From the IMG/VR virus record IMGVR_UViG_3300045988_144994: a stretch of DNA of 55,971 nt; one strand, written 5' to 3'. This DNA comes from a virus. How positions within the stretch are numbered: the first letter of the stretch is position 1; each line of letters begins with the position of its first letter. Under the pieces are notes generated by a model. The model did no database searches and was not told where the DNA came from. It saw only the letters and a list, made by a program, of their open reading frames with translations. This document shows positions 31,688-42,681 of this stretch, piece by piece. The translations under genes were made by a program, and so were the position numbers.

Positions 31688-31980
31688 AGGCTATATTTTT
31701 GTGATTCAGTGATTTTTGAATAAAATTCCGTAATTAGCGGAACAATTTCCTGAATAATACCCAAGTCAACATTTGCTCCGTTAATTGAGCCAAAATCTTC
31801 GGACTTGGGATTGTATTTAATGGCTGCGTTCATGTATTTCTGCCCATCACCCAAGTATCCGTTTGCTACTACGGAGATAACTTCCGGTGCTTGCTCTTTT
31901 TGGTACTCTGCACTCAGCGATACATTTATATTCTGTACCGTTGCCGTTGCTTTTGCTGAAATAAAATAGTTAATTTCCAT
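31684..31980 (-). CDS. Hypothetical protein
   Basis: 98-aa ORF downstream of the fibre gene. Confidence 0.55.
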   Translation of the reverse strand: MEINYFISAKATATVQNINVSLSAEYQKEQAPEVISVVANGYLGDGQKYMNAAIKYNPKSEDFGSINGANVDLGIIQEIVPLITEFYSKITESQKYSL

Positions 31981-31992
31981 GTTTTTTATAAT

Positions 31993-34900
31993 TTATCTGT
32001 AACTTAATTGTCCGGTTGATCTATTTATACATAGGTAATAATTCGAAGCCCCTGAAATATTGGGTATACTGGCTAAATCAAGATAGATCTTATTTCTAAA
32101 TGTAGACTTTCCAGCAATTTCAACAGCATCTCTAAATATCGATACTCCCTCTTCAACTATTAAAGCCGCAGTTGGAGCCATCTTTATACTATCATCAACA
32201 TAGTCTATGGCCCTTAATTTTAATGCTGTTATTTCTGATAGTGTTGCATTACCGGAAGTATTTTTGGCTATTATCTCTAATCCGGTTATACTTGCTTGAG
32301 TTCCTTTTGCTGTTATTATTCCGGCTTGTAACACACCAGTTGAAGGGGCTAGTACGCCGGATTCTGATGCATATACAGAAAAACCATTTTTAGCATAACA
32401 AGAGCCTGTCATTAACTTAGGATTAAAATCAGATGATCTCAACCCATTATTACTTAATTCTAACCCTGCTATTTTATTTATATTTCCAAGTTGAAGATAC
32501 GTAACTTCACCAACGACCCCTTTTATCCCCCAATCAGTAGCACTATTATAGTACATACCAATATAATTATTAGTGTCTTTGTAAGCTTTAAAAGATCTTT
32601 CTGCCGTTGTCGATGTGATTTGAATACCGGAACCACTCCCATACGCAGCCCCTCCGTAAATCTTATAATCTGCGAAATTGAAGCCTGCTACGGAGAGCAT
32701 ATTTGCTTTGATGGAATCAGCAGCAAGAATGTTTGTTTTTAACTTGTCGATAAAACCATCTATAGCAATTAAGGCATCCGCCTTTATCAGATTCGTGTTT
32801 ATATAACCTCCTTGGATAAGCGTACCATTTTCTGAGTTTACAGCATTTTTTTCCAATGCCTCGAAATTTGTAAATCCAAGTTGTGCAGCAAAAGAATCTT
32901 TCGTAGTAATCTCTATGTCGGAGTAACCGTCCGCTGTCTGGTCGAAAACCGTGGCGTAGTCCACGAACCATTCCAAGGGGGCAGTTGATGGTTTTACCGG
33001 GCCTGACAGCATCAGGTGATTTATGGTGCTAAAAGTACCCGTACTCCCGCATGTCACCTTGAATATATAAGTCTCGTATTTCCCCGTACCTGCCATTGAG
33101 GTCAGCTGCTCTTGCTTACCATCGGTTCCGTAGCTGTTATGAACATTTTTCAAAGTATACCCGACGGGTATTTTGGCACTCACTTTCACGATAAACACGG
33201 CATTGGCACGGGACTGATTAGCAAAATAGAATCCCCCCAAATGATTTGTCCAGGTCCCTCCGTATGCTTTAATATACAGGCAATAGTCCGAGTCGTTATA
33301 AGGCGATCCGGCAGCATTTGCGTTTGAGGATTTTTGTATTCTGGAAACTGTTAGTGATCCACCATCATTTTGTGCATGATATGTTTTGGTGCCATTTAGC
33401 CCTAGTTTAAACTCCGGGTCTTTGCACAGCATCTTCCCGTTAATAGACTCTCCAGGTATTCCTTGGGCTCCTGTATCTCCCTTATCGCCTTTAGCTCCTT
33501 GGGCTCCTGTTGCCCCCTTGAAAGCGATTGAGTAGGAGAAAACACGGGTGAAAGACTTGCCATCTACTGTAACAGGTATATTCACCGTTCCGCTCGCCGT
33601 AGTCATGCTGGTGGTAACGGTAAAGGTTATTGTTGCCTTGGTTGTCCCGTTATTGGTTATACTTGCCGTCATGCCTGCAGGCAAACCGGATATGGAGCCG
33701 ATAGTAGCCGCAACTTGTGTAGCGCCCTTGTAGGCTACCACGGCACAAGAGGTAGACCCTGCCAATGCCGCAGATACAGAACCAGCGAAAGCATGTGACT
33801 CGTTCGTCAGTAATACTGTATAAGCATCTGCTCCTGATGTACCCATGGCTCCTGTATCTCCCTTATCGCCTTTAGCTCCTTGGGCACCATCTGCCAATTT
33901 TGCCAGCGTGAAACTATCCGATAGCTTCTCATCCCCGTCACAAACAACCCGGAACGTCCTAACATTCGTACCAGAAGGAAATAAAGTAGTGTTCCCCGGT
34001 ATAACAGAATAAGTTGAGGATGTAGCCCCGCTTATGTTCGTCCATGTACTGCCGTTTAAATACTGCCACTGATAAGACGTCGGGGTGAAATTTCTTGGGA
34101 GTGCCGTTAAAACAATACTTGCCGGGGAAGGTGTTCCAGTATATCCAGCACCATACTTAAACACCTGTGAAGGGGCCGTGATGTCTACCGTCTTAGCGAT
34201 AGCGTCTTGGATGGATTGCTCCACGTCTCCGTGAGAAGGAGTCCAAACAGGGGCGGGAAGAAAGCCTTCGACTAGCATTACTTCGGTAAATTTTACAGAG
34301 TTACCGGCGGTTGATCCGCTAACACCGGCATAACATAGTAATAATCCTTCTTGTTCAGTGAAATTATTATATGTAATTAAAAAACCTCCATTCTTATCTG
34401 CATTTAACATTGGACATAGCGCAGCAGTTATATCTTTATCATACAATACAAAAGTATATTTACTAGGAGTACCTGCTAAATTCTGAATATTACCTGCATT
34501 TACGTAATATACCGTGTTGGGCTTTATTTTAGATACATATAATTCCTTACGTACCCAGTTTCCTGTCCCACCTGTAACAGTAAATTCCTTCGTCCCATCC
34601 GCCAGATTCACATTATTTGCTCCGGTCTGATCTTCTTCTGCAACGGGGAAGCCTTGCAAGGGTTTATTGCCTTCGATTAGGGAGATATTGTAGATTAGTG
34701 TATTGGCTTTACTGCTTCCGTATGACGCAGATATTTTCTGCACTGTTTTCCCGGCTTTCGTAATTAATCTGGCGATTGTTTTTGTGATTATTGTTCCTGC
34801 TAATCCATGCCATTCTGCCGTTCCATCAGTGTAAAATATCCTGAAAGCAAGTCCATCGTAATTTTGTACTGCTGCAAGTTTCCATTCAACAGATAATACA

Positions 34901-37863
34901 TACTGTGTATCGGGTTTGAATTGCAAATCAAATACCGGATTAGCAATTTCATTGCTGCCCGCCCAATTTTTATGCAGTAGTGCTTCATTTATCCTGAGAT
35001 ACACCCCGTCTGCATCTTGCCCCCAAACTGCAATATCCTTGTTCTTCTCATTCCATCGGAGCATCATTTTTTTGGATATGAGATTTACGGAGCCGATTTG
35101 TAACGCATCCAATCTCGCCTGCGCCTCGTTTATTGCGTTCTGCTCCGCCTCTGTTACAATACCGTCTGCGTAAGCATTGGCCCTTGTTTCTGCCAAGGCT
35201 GCCTCGGCTGCCGCTACATCTATGGCGTGCTGTTTTTGGTCGTTAATGGAGGGAGTCCACAATAGCGAAGTTTTATTGCCTAATACTAGTTTTACCCACT
35301 CTATTTCAGATTCTGCAACTACACTTGATTCGCATGCATATATATTAATGAATTTATTAGCAGCAATATATGATCCATTTACTAATGTCCACTTAAATGT
35401 TTCTATTGCAATATTATCTGAATTAAACTCATTTGGGAAAATGTTAAGTAACCTAGCCGAACCACCTGAATTAAATATGCCAAAATATTTTTTATCAGTT
35501 CCTAATTTCCCTTTAATAACAATTGTACATTCTTCTCCTTCTTTGGGTTTGTAATCTCCTAAGTAAATTGTCGCTGTTAGATAATCACTATTCTTCCATC
35601 CCTTGTTACTATTGTCAAGGAGATTGGTTTCTCCTACCTGTAGGTTGTCCAGATTACTCTGCACGTCTCCGATGGACTCTTCCACCGTTTTACCAGACAT
35701 CAGTCTGAACACCCCTTTCATGTAAACGTTCTGACAATACAATCCGAATCCTGTCAACTGCCCGAAATCTTCATCCACTATGCCATTCAAATTACCCGTC
35801 CGCATCGGTTCTTTCCCTTCAAAAGAATAGGAGTTTATCCCAGCATAGAAAGCAATGTAAGGCGAATTGTTGTCATACGCCGAAATCATTATCGCGGATT
35901 GGCGGTTTATGTCTGTCCGGTTTCCTAATAATACTATTTCTTCATCAGCCTCCGGAATGCCGCTATTCTCCTCACAATCCGTTTTTGACAAGACAAAGTA
36001 ATCCGCGCCTACCTCCGTGACAAGACGCCAATACCTTTTCATTTTCTGCCCGTCAAAAACTTGGTGAAAAGCTTGGTCGCCCACTACGAAAGGATTCATT
36101 ATCGTCCCACTGTCAGTATTGAAAAAGCACTTGTACCCATTCTCTGTCTCCTCTACACTTCCCGTCTTTATAGCTGCCGGAGAGACACAAAACTTCCCGC
36201 CGATTGCCTTTACCTGCTGTATCAGAAACTCAAACACACTGAACTGCCCCCTTACCGTCAGATTCTGAAACTCAGCATTCCCGTCTTTTATTCTGTGTCC
36301 GCTACCAAACGCTCCGGAGGTGAAATTCTTGGATGAGAAATTGTCGGATTGGACTAATTCAGCCGCTTTCACAGAATTAAATTCAACGTCCGCGTCTTTA
36401 TGTAACTTTTGATTGAACCACTTCGGATACCACGCATTGATAAGGTTATAGAAGAGCCTTTTTATATCATCTATATTGATAAGCTGCTTTAAGGTGAATT
36501 GTATCTGCTCTATTGTATTATTTACCTTAGTGTCGTAGGTATAAAGCATCTGGTCGCCCAATTCAACCCTTATATCATCGCTTGTTTCAGTAGTACCGAT
36601 AATTCTTGTCGTGATATTCCGGCCGCCTATTTTTACGGTAATTCCATCACCGATATTCAGTAATATTCCTTTCTTCTTGATATAGTGTTTTTGAACTGAT
36701 AGAGACGGGGCGTATTGCGGTTCACACTTTTTGTTCAGCTCATTTTGTGTTGCCTCCCTCAATTCCTGTGTTGCTTCATCTATGTAAGATTGCGGCATAT
36801 TGATGTTAAGGAGGACAAACACGTCTCCGACACGTGGCTGTCTGTTTGCATTCGGAAGATAATACCCGTCTTCTTCCTCTTTTACGATAATTGAAAGCGT
36901 CTTGTCGGTATTGTTCCAGCTGTTTTTCACTATCTCAAAGTCCAACCCGGTTAAATCTCCTGTCTGAAATTTTACAACCGGAACCTCGTTGTCTGCATAA
37001 TAATCAGATAAGTTGAAAGGAATATCGAGTTTTATCTTCCAGCTTCCGGCTTCTTCAATATTATCCGGTATCGTTACACCTAACACCGTCTTGTTAATCA
37101 GGCGTGGATAGATGTTTTCATTAATATATACACCCGTAATTTTGCCGTATTTGTTTACATTCTTTTCAAGAACTTCGTTGCCCAGATTCAACCGCTTGGG
37201 GCTATCCGGAGAAACATAGTCGGCAGGCAGATTTAATGTACCTCCTTTACCTATCATTCGTGTGGTAATGGAAGCGTTTGCGACCTTTGCGAGTTTTACT
37301 GAATAGCTACCTTTGTTCCTCCCATATTCAAATACATGGTCAGTCTCTTCTCCGATTCTGCTCTTTACGGTTATGATAGTGCCCGTAATATCCCACTCCA
37401 TTTTGGCATTCTCGCATACCGTTTGAAGTGCGGCCATACAATTACTATTATCAAAACTCAAATCAAGGATACTTCCGTTCTGAATGGTTCCAAGGGTAAA
37501 TTCCGGATAGTCCTCGTTCAAGGAATCAATCAGCAATGTCATGAAGTCGCTGACCTCTCCATGGTAGGCAAATGTTGTCGCTCCTTCGTCCGTCATGATG
37601 GAATTGTTCAGCTTATATCCTTGAAAATAGAACGTAAGCGGATAGGTAAACACTCCGTTACTTTCCTCTATATCAATAGGCTCGAAAATCTCGTACTTTT
37701 CATTCCCGACTAAAACATAGTCGCCTATCTTTAAGTCAAGATCATTCTTTGACGAAATAGTGAACGAAACATATTTATTTCCGCTTAATGACTTCGAGAT
37801 GGTATCATCAACGACAAATTCGTAAATAACGGTATTATCTCTATATATGCTATATCCTTTCAT
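31993..37863 (-). CDS. Tail tip / host-specificity protein: Tal-like N-terminus fused to a long fibre with collagen-like repeats
   Basis: 1956 aa. The N-terminal about 350 aa resemble the siphovirus prophage tail (Tal) domain. Two G-x-y stretches are present (GAQGAKGDKGDTGAMG and GATGAQGAKGDKGDTGAQGIPGE). It follows Dit. Confidence 0.75.
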   Translation of the reverse strand: MKGYSIYRDNTVIYEFVVDDTISKSLSGNKYVSFTISSKNDLDLKIGDYVLVGNEKYEIFEPIDIEESNGVFTYPLTFYFQGYKLNNSIMTDEGATTFAYHGEVSDFMTLLIDSLNEDYPEFTLGTIQNGSILDLSFDNSNCMAALQTVCENAKMEWDITGTIITVKSRIGEETDHVFEYGRNKGSYSVKLAKVANASITTRMIGKGGTLNLPADYVSPDSPKRLNLGNEVLEKNVNKYGKITGVYINENIYPRLINKTVLGVTIPDNIEEAGSWKIKLDIPFNLSDYYADNEVPVVKFQTGDLTGLDFEIVKNSWNNTDKTLSIIVKEEEDGYYLPNANRQPRVGDVFVLLNINMPQSYIDEATQELREATQNELNKKCEPQYAPSLSVQKHYIKKKGILLNIGDGITVKIGGRNITTRIIGTTETSDDIRVELGDQMLYTYDTKVNNTIEQIQFTLKQLINIDDIKRLFYNLINAWYPKWFNQKLHKDADVEFNSVKAAELVQSDNFSSKNFTSGAFGSGHRIKDGNAEFQNLTVRGQFSVFEFLIQQVKAIGGKFCVSPAAIKTGSVEETENGYKCFFNTDSGTIMNPFVVGDQAFHQVFDGQKMKRYWRLVTEVGADYFVLSKTDCEENSGIPEADEEIVLLGNRTDINRQSAIMISAYDNNSPYIAFYAGINSYSFEGKEPMRTGNLNGIVDEDFGQLTGFGLYCQNVYMKGVFRLMSGKTVEESIGDVQSNLDNLQVGETNLLDNSNKGWKNSDYLTATIYLGDYKPKEGEECTIVIKGKLGTDKKYFGIFNSGGSARLLNIFPNEFNSDNIAIETFKWTLVNGSYIAANKFINIYACESSVVAESEIEWVKLVLGNKTSLLWTPSINDQKQHAIDVAAAEAALAETRANAYADGIVTEAEQNAINEAQARLDALQIGSVNLISKKMMLRWNEKNKDIAVWGQDADGVYLRINEALLHKNWAGSNEIANPVFDLQFKPDTQYVLSVEWKLAAVQNYDGLAFRIFYTDGTAEWHGLAGTIITKTIARLITKAGKTVQKISASYGSSKANTLIYNISLIEGNKPLQGFPVAEEDQTGANNVNLADGTKEFTVTGGTGNWVRKELYVSKIKPNTVYYVNAGNIQNLAGTPSKYTFVLYDKDITAALCPMLNADKNGGFLITYNNFTEQEGLLLCYAGVSGSTAGNSVKFTEVMLVEGFLPAPVWTPSHGDVEQSIQDAIAKTVDITAPSQVFKYGAGYTGTPSPASIVLTALPRNFTPTSYQWQYLNGSTWTNISGATSSTYSVIPGNTTLFPSGTNVRTFRVVCDGDEKLSDSFTLAKLADGAQGAKGDKGDTGAMGTSGADAYTVLLTNESHAFAGSVSAALAGSTSCAVVAYKGATQVAATIGSISGLPAGMTASITNNGTTKATITFTVTTSMTTASGTVNIPVTVDGKSFTRVFSYSIAFKGATGAQGAKGDKGDTGAQGIPGESINGKMLCKDPEFKLGLNGTKTYHAQNDGGSLTVSRIQKSSNANAAGSPYNDSDYCLYIKAYGGTWTNHLGGFYFANQSRANAVFIVKVSAKIPVGYTLKNVHNSYGTDGKQEQLTSMAGTGKYETYIFKVTCGSTGTFSTINHLMLSGPVKPSTAPLEWFVDYATVFDQTADGYSDIEITTKDSFAAQLGFTNFEALEKNAVNSENGTLIQGGYINTNLIKADALIAIDGFIDKLKTNILAADSIKANMLSVAGFNFADYKIYGGAAYGSGSGIQITSTTAERSFKAYKDTNNYIGMYYNSATDWGIKGVVGEVTYLQLGNINKIAGLELSNNGLRSSDFNPKLMTGSCYAKNGFSVYASESGVLAPSTGVLQAGIITAKGTQASITGLEIIAKNTSGNATLSEITALKLRAIDYVDDSIKMAPTAALIVEEGVSIFRDAVEIAGKSTFRNKIYLDLASIPNISGASNYYLCINRSTGQLSYR
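33466..33504. repeat. 39-bp perfect direct repeat, copy 1 (collagen-like segment of the fibre gene)
   Basis: ggctcctgtatctcccttatcgcctttagctccttgggc is identical at 33847-33885. Confidence 0.9.
33847..33885. repeat. 39-bp perfect direct repeat, copy 2
   Basis: Identical to 33466-33504. The spacing is 381 bp, which keeps the reading frame. Confidence 0.9.
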
Positions 37864-38659
37864 TCGATATTACGATTAATTTGCAACTGAAATCAGCGTA
37901 TACTTTCCCGATAGAAAAAACGTTTTGTACAGAAAATCCATTCGTGCAAAAACATTTAATCTCTCTTTCTCTGTAATTGATAGTTCTTATTCCGGCTTTC
38001 CCAAATAGGGCATATAATGATTTGATTCTCTCCTTGAATTGCTCTGTATTTTCAGCTATTATCATACCGGAAACGGTTATCTCCGTCTTCTCTTGCCCTC
38101 CTTTTGAATAAAGTGAATAAGACGGATTTTGGGTTGTGCTCAACGATTTTGGCGCACCGATTCCCTGATAGTTTGATATTTCTTTCAGATATAATCCGAA
38201 AGAAGTCCATTTGTATCCGTCAATCTCCCCGTTTTCGGTGGGAGAGGGGAGTGTCCCAGATAAATTAACAAGAGGTTCTATGAATTTAATCGTTATTTTG
38301 CAAGCCGATTTTGTAAAGGTTTCGATGGTCGTACTTTTGCATTTTACACTCCAGCTTCCCCATTTGCATGACAACGTAAATAACTCCGGCAACTCGTTCA
38401 TGAAATCATTTATTAAAGGAAGAGAAGAGTCAGAATCAGACACGATATTTCCTGTTATTGAAATATCCCGGCTGTCAAAATCCATATCTTCACTCTCCAC
38501 ATAAGGCTCCACGCTGTTGTCTGTAACCCAATCGTAGTAAGTAGTCCCTTTTCTTTTCGGAAGATTGAAGCATCCAGAAATGGCAATATTGCCATTTGAT
38601 TTTGTTGGAATTATCCCGAATTGGGAAATAGGAGTATTATTAATATAATATTCTGCCAT
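37850..38659 (-). CDS. Distal tail protein (Dit) candidate
   Basis: 269-aa ORF between the tape measure and Tal genes. Assigned by synteny. Confidence 0.5.
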   Translation of the reverse strand: MAEYYINNTPISQFGIIPTKSNGNIAISGCFNLPKRKGTTYYDWVTDNSVEPYVESEDMDFDSRDISITGNIVSDSDSSLPLINDFMNELPELFTLSCKWGSWSVKCKSTTIETFTKSACKITIKFIEPLVNLSGTLPSPTENGEIDGYKWTSFGLYLKEISNYQGIGAPKSLSTTQNPSYSLYSKGGQEKTEITVSGMIIAENTEQFKERIKSLYALFGKAGIRTINYREREIKCFCTNGFSVQNVFSIGKVYADFSCKLIVISNERI

Positions 38660-38742
38660 GCCGTCCGGTGTTGGGTGGTATGTGTCATCACATACTGATG
38701 CAAATATAATTATTATTTAGAATTATTCAAAATAAAAATCCG

Positions 38743-41700
38743 TCATCTTGCGTATCTTTTACTTGATTCACTTTCAATTGTTCGTAGTCTTCCGTCCATG
38801 TTTTTCAATGTGTTGTGCATATCAGACAAGACGGAAGTATTATTCGCCGTTTCTCCGGTATTCCTCGCTATCGTGTTCAGTATGGAGTTGCATGTGGCCA
38901 TTGTAGACTTGTATGTTTCATGAAATATCGTTGTCTGCTGGCTGATAGCCTTTAATGTATCGTAGGAACCTCTCCATATTCCCATTGATTCATTTGCAGT
39001 TTTCTCCGTAATTGTTTCGGATATGGTGCCGGTTTGGCGTTTTAATTCTTCCGGAGAACTTTCCCAATTAAAAGTTTTAGCCAAATTATCCCGGTCTTTA
39101 ATCATATCTTGGATTATATCTTGATAATCATCCCTCAATTTTTCTGCCTCTTTTGCAGTAATCTTATTTTCGCTTTCTGCTGCTTCTGTCCAACTTTTAT
39201 ACAGATTTTCTATTCTTCCCTTGTACTGACTTGCGATTAGACCGGCTATAATCGATTTTCGCAAATATCCTTCAAAGTCATCACACATATCTTCAAAGGA
39301 AGCATCCATATCCGAAAGTGAATCAATAAATCCATTATAAAAACTATCGAATGATATGCCAGTTAGTGCTTCTTGCAATGTGTTAGCAAGTTCCTTGGCT
39401 TCATCGTTGCAGTCAATGATTGCATCTAAATTTTCAGTTATTTCAGAAGGTATTTTACTCCACGCTTCGGGGAAATCTCTTCGTATAATCTCTAACTGTT
39501 CCCCGGATAATTTATACATTTGTTGTACACTGGAAATATTTTGTCCTATAGACTTTGAAATATCATTCCATGATTTCTTAAGCCTTTCGTTGGCCCGGTA
39601 AGCATAACTATGTGAGCCTGCACTTGATCCTGCTTTACCTCCTACTTCCGCTAATCTTCTATAATTTTCTATTTGCTTTTCTAGCGCTTCGTTAGCTTCT
39701 TTCGCTGCCTCTACCGATGCAAATCCACCTCCAAATACAATTTTTTCCTTTGATTTATCAATGATTTTTTTGTATAGATCATTTATAGCCTCTAGTTGTT
39801 CTCTTAACGCCTTATATTGTGCTACTCCGTTATCTGATCCTACCCCGAATATACTGCCAATTGTTTTTGTAACGCCTGCCAATACATGAATTGCACCCGT
39901 TACAACACTCATTGGCTTGGTTATATCAATTTCTGCTAATCCATCCACTACCTGTCCCAATCCGCTTAATGCTCCAGAAATAGATTCAGGGATTTCAATG
40001 CCTAAATTAGTAAGCATATTTACAAGATCATTCCCGGCAGAAATTACTTGCTGACCCTGTTGTCCTATTGCATTAACGGATTGTGTCATTTTGCTAAGGG
40101 ATTCAGCTCTTTTCTTCTCAGCAGCGGAAAGATTTTTTACAGCTCTTTCTTTTGCTTCTGGATTGTCAGCTTTATCCAACTCTTTTTTGGCCTTTGTAAC
40201 CTCCTCTACTGCTTTTCTGTAATCTCTATATCCGCTTACTAATTCTTCAAGAGGCTCTCTGTTTGTAATAGTTGCGTCAAGGTTTTCAAAGGCATCAACA
40301 ACAGTTTTAAAATCTTCTTTACTAATAGAATCATCTACCGTAGAAAGGTATTCCTTTATTTTGTCCCGGAGTTTTTTTAAAGCATCAGTAGATAATTTGT
40401 CAAGATTACCGAATACAGATGACCAGTCGATTTCTTTTTGAAATTGTTCAAGGTCAAGTCCGGATAATTCGGTTTTCTTTTTTTCTTTTGCTACCCGGAT
40501 GGATTCTTCAAGCCTGTTTCTTTCGCTTTCTTCTGTTGTTTTTGCAAGTTCTTCTTGTAGCTTTTCAATATCTTTATTATATTTTCTTTCTATATCAAGG
40601 CGTTGTTGCTGGTATGACTGATATTGTTTTAAAAGTTCGTTTAATTCATCGGTCTGTTTTTTGTACACATCAGATTCGTCTTGTTCTCTTTTTTGTTTTA
40701 CAGTAGAATAAGACGTAGAAATTTGCACTGTTTGCTCAATCGTGAGTGTTCCGCCTTGTTTTGCCGCCCAATCGTCAGCAAGTTTTTTAATTTCAGCAAT
40801 CTTTTCCTGATAGTCTAACCGGATTTGTGCAAGTTCTTTTTCTGTACCTTCCTGCATAAGGTCGATTTGGGCTTGCTGGTTTTGCTTACGGAGAAAGAGA
40901 AGTTCTTCATCAATTTGCTTGATTGTTTTGATTCTTTCTTCCTCTGCTTTTTGGGTAGCTTTAGAAGCTCCGGTTATAGTTTCTTTTTCTTTTGTAAGCT
41001 GGTCTATCTGTCTTTGATAGTCATTGAATTGTTTATTTGTTGTTGATGTTTCCTGAGCTTCCTTGAGGGTTTTTATTTGTTCTTCATACCATTTTACGGT
41101 TTTTTCTACAGATTTTGCATGTGCTTCCGCTTCTTCTTTTGCCCGGCGTTCGGCGTCTTCCTGGGCTTTTATATCAGAATTTACTTTATTCAATATAGAA
41201 TGCTGTCCGGCCAACTTGTCTTGTAATTCTTGAAGTTGCTTATTGGCTCTGATTAATCTTTCACCACGCCCCTGTACGGCATTTTTATTTAGAAAGTCAA
41301 TTTGCTGTTTAATTGAATTAATACTTTTTTCTGTTTCTTTTATACTTTCTTCAGCTTGTGCTTTTGATCGTTCTCTGGTCGCTTTTGCAAGTTGATTATT
41401 TAATTCTGTCAGATTTATCACCTTTAAAGCCTCCAAATTCATGTTATCAAAATAACCTGGATACATTTTTCTTAAACTATCTAATGCAAGTTGTCGCGCA
41501 GCAATGGATTGGTTCTCGTCCCTTGTAATAGTTATAAATGTAGCTGTATCATCTGCATTTTTTTTACTTTCTTCATTGAATTTCTTTAGAGCATCAGTTG
41601 CAGCATCTGTTTTCTTTGTGAACTGATATAAGGCTGTACCAACACCAATTAGGACTGTAGCCAATAAAACGTAAGGATTTGCCTTTGTAGCAAGATTGAA

Positions 41701-42678
41701 AGCAATCTGGGCATCTTTTGCCGTCCGGATCGCTTTAGCAAGGGAAATCCATGCAGAGATATTTTGAATCGTAACGGATACACGTTGCGCAGCAGCTACG
41801 GCTATCAATGAGGCTTTGTATGTTCCGTAGGTAGCAACAAGTACCTTTAATATACTTAATACTTTTTCGTAATTTTCAACAAGATATGAAGCTCCAGAAA
41901 TTGCATCGGAAATAATACCTTCATTCGCCTGTCCGATTTCGTTAAACATCATATCTATCGCATCACCAAGATTTGATATTTGACCTATGATTGTTTTTGA
42001 TTGACCCTCCATCAAGGCATAGAATTTACCCCCCTCGTTTGTCATTCCCTCAAATACTTTTTTAATGTCATCAAACCCAATTTTTCCGGCCGTCACCATG
42101 TCATTTATTTCGCTTGTAGTCTTTCCATACATCTTGGAAAGCTCTTGAAGGACAGGTATACCAGACGACTGGAATTGTAACATATCTCTTGCATACAATC
42201 GACCTTGTACAGCCGTTGTTCCATATAGGTATGTTAAACGTTCAAGCGGCAATCCAAGACCGGCAGCTACATTTCCTAATCTTATAAGAGTATCGTTTAT
42301 TTCATCAGCAGCAAATCCGTATGCAAGCAACTGCCTTGCACCGTCTGCTACTCCTTTTAAATCAAAAGGTGTTGTAGCGGCTGTTTCGACTAATTGATTC
42401 ATAAGGTTTAGGGCGGGTTCTTCTGCTCCTAAAAGAGTTTTAAATGCAACTTCCAATTGCTGAAACTCGCCACGTGTCATAGCTATTCTTTTTACTATGT
42501 CCATTCCAAGATATGCCGTAGCAGCTTGTTTCATTCGCATCCATGCCGTGCTGATAACATTTCCGGATTCATCGGTTATCACACCCATCTTTGTTACTTC
42601 TTTCCGGTATTCTTCCGCCTTGCGCCTCATGTCGTTCAAATCAACATTGACACGTATATTCATTTGTCCGTCTGCCAT
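38743..42678 (-). CDS. Tape measure protein
   Basis: 1311 aa with long coiled-coil and hydrophobic segments, downstream of the G/GT chaperone. Confidence 0.85.
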   Translation of the reverse strand: MADGQMNIRVNVDLNDMRRKAEEYRKEVTKMGVITDESGNVISTAWMRMKQAATAYLGMDIVKRIAMTRGEFQQLEVAFKTLLGAEEPALNLMNQLVETAATTPFDLKGVADGARQLLAYGFAADEINDTLIRLGNVAAGLGLPLERLTYLYGTTAVQGRLYARDMLQFQSSGIPVLQELSKMYGKTTSEINDMVTAGKIGFDDIKKVFEGMTNEGGKFYALMEGQSKTIIGQISNLGDAIDMMFNEIGQANEGIISDAISGASYLVENYEKVLSILKVLVATYGTYKASLIAVAAAQRVSVTIQNISAWISLAKAIRTAKDAQIAFNLATKANPYVLLATVLIGVGTALYQFTKKTDAATDALKKFNEESKKNADDTATFITITRDENQSIAARQLALDSLRKMYPGYFDNMNLEALKVINLTELNNQLAKATRERSKAQAEESIKETEKSINSIKQQIDFLNKNAVQGRGERLIRANKQLQELQDKLAGQHSILNKVNSDIKAQEDAERRAKEEAEAHAKSVEKTVKWYEEQIKTLKEAQETSTTNKQFNDYQRQIDQLTKEKETITGASKATQKAEEERIKTIKQIDEELLFLRKQNQQAQIDLMQEGTEKELAQIRLDYQEKIAEIKKLADDWAAKQGGTLTIEQTVQISTSYSTVKQKREQDESDVYKKQTDELNELLKQYQSYQQQRLDIERKYNKDIEKLQEELAKTTEESERNRLEESIRVAKEKKKTELSGLDLEQFQKEIDWSSVFGNLDKLSTDALKKLRDKIKEYLSTVDDSISKEDFKTVVDAFENLDATITNREPLEELVSGYRDYRKAVEEVTKAKKELDKADNPEAKERAVKNLSAAEKKRAESLSKMTQSVNAIGQQGQQVISAGNDLVNMLTNLGIEIPESISGALSGLGQVVDGLAEIDITKPMSVVTGAIHVLAGVTKTIGSIFGVGSDNGVAQYKALREQLEAINDLYKKIIDKSKEKIVFGGGFASVEAAKEANEALEKQIENYRRLAEVGGKAGSSAGSHSYAYRANERLKKSWNDISKSIGQNISSVQQMYKLSGEQLEIIRRDFPEAWSKIPSEITENLDAIIDCNDEAKELANTLQEALTGISFDSFYNGFIDSLSDMDASFEDMCDDFEGYLRKSIIAGLIASQYKGRIENLYKSWTEAAESENKITAKEAEKLRDDYQDIIQDMIKDRDNLAKTFNWESSPEELKRQTGTISETITEKTANESMGIWRGSYDTLKAISQQTTIFHETYKSTMATCNSILNTIARNTGETANNTSVLSDMHNTLKNMDGRLRTIESESSKRYAR

Positions 42679-42681
42679 AAT

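Noticed and set aside
31993-37863. A diversity-generating retroelement acting on the fibre gene
   Set aside because: There is no reverse transcriptase ORF anywhere in the window. There is no template/variable repeat pair with A-specific mismatches. The only internal repeats are two identical 39-mers.
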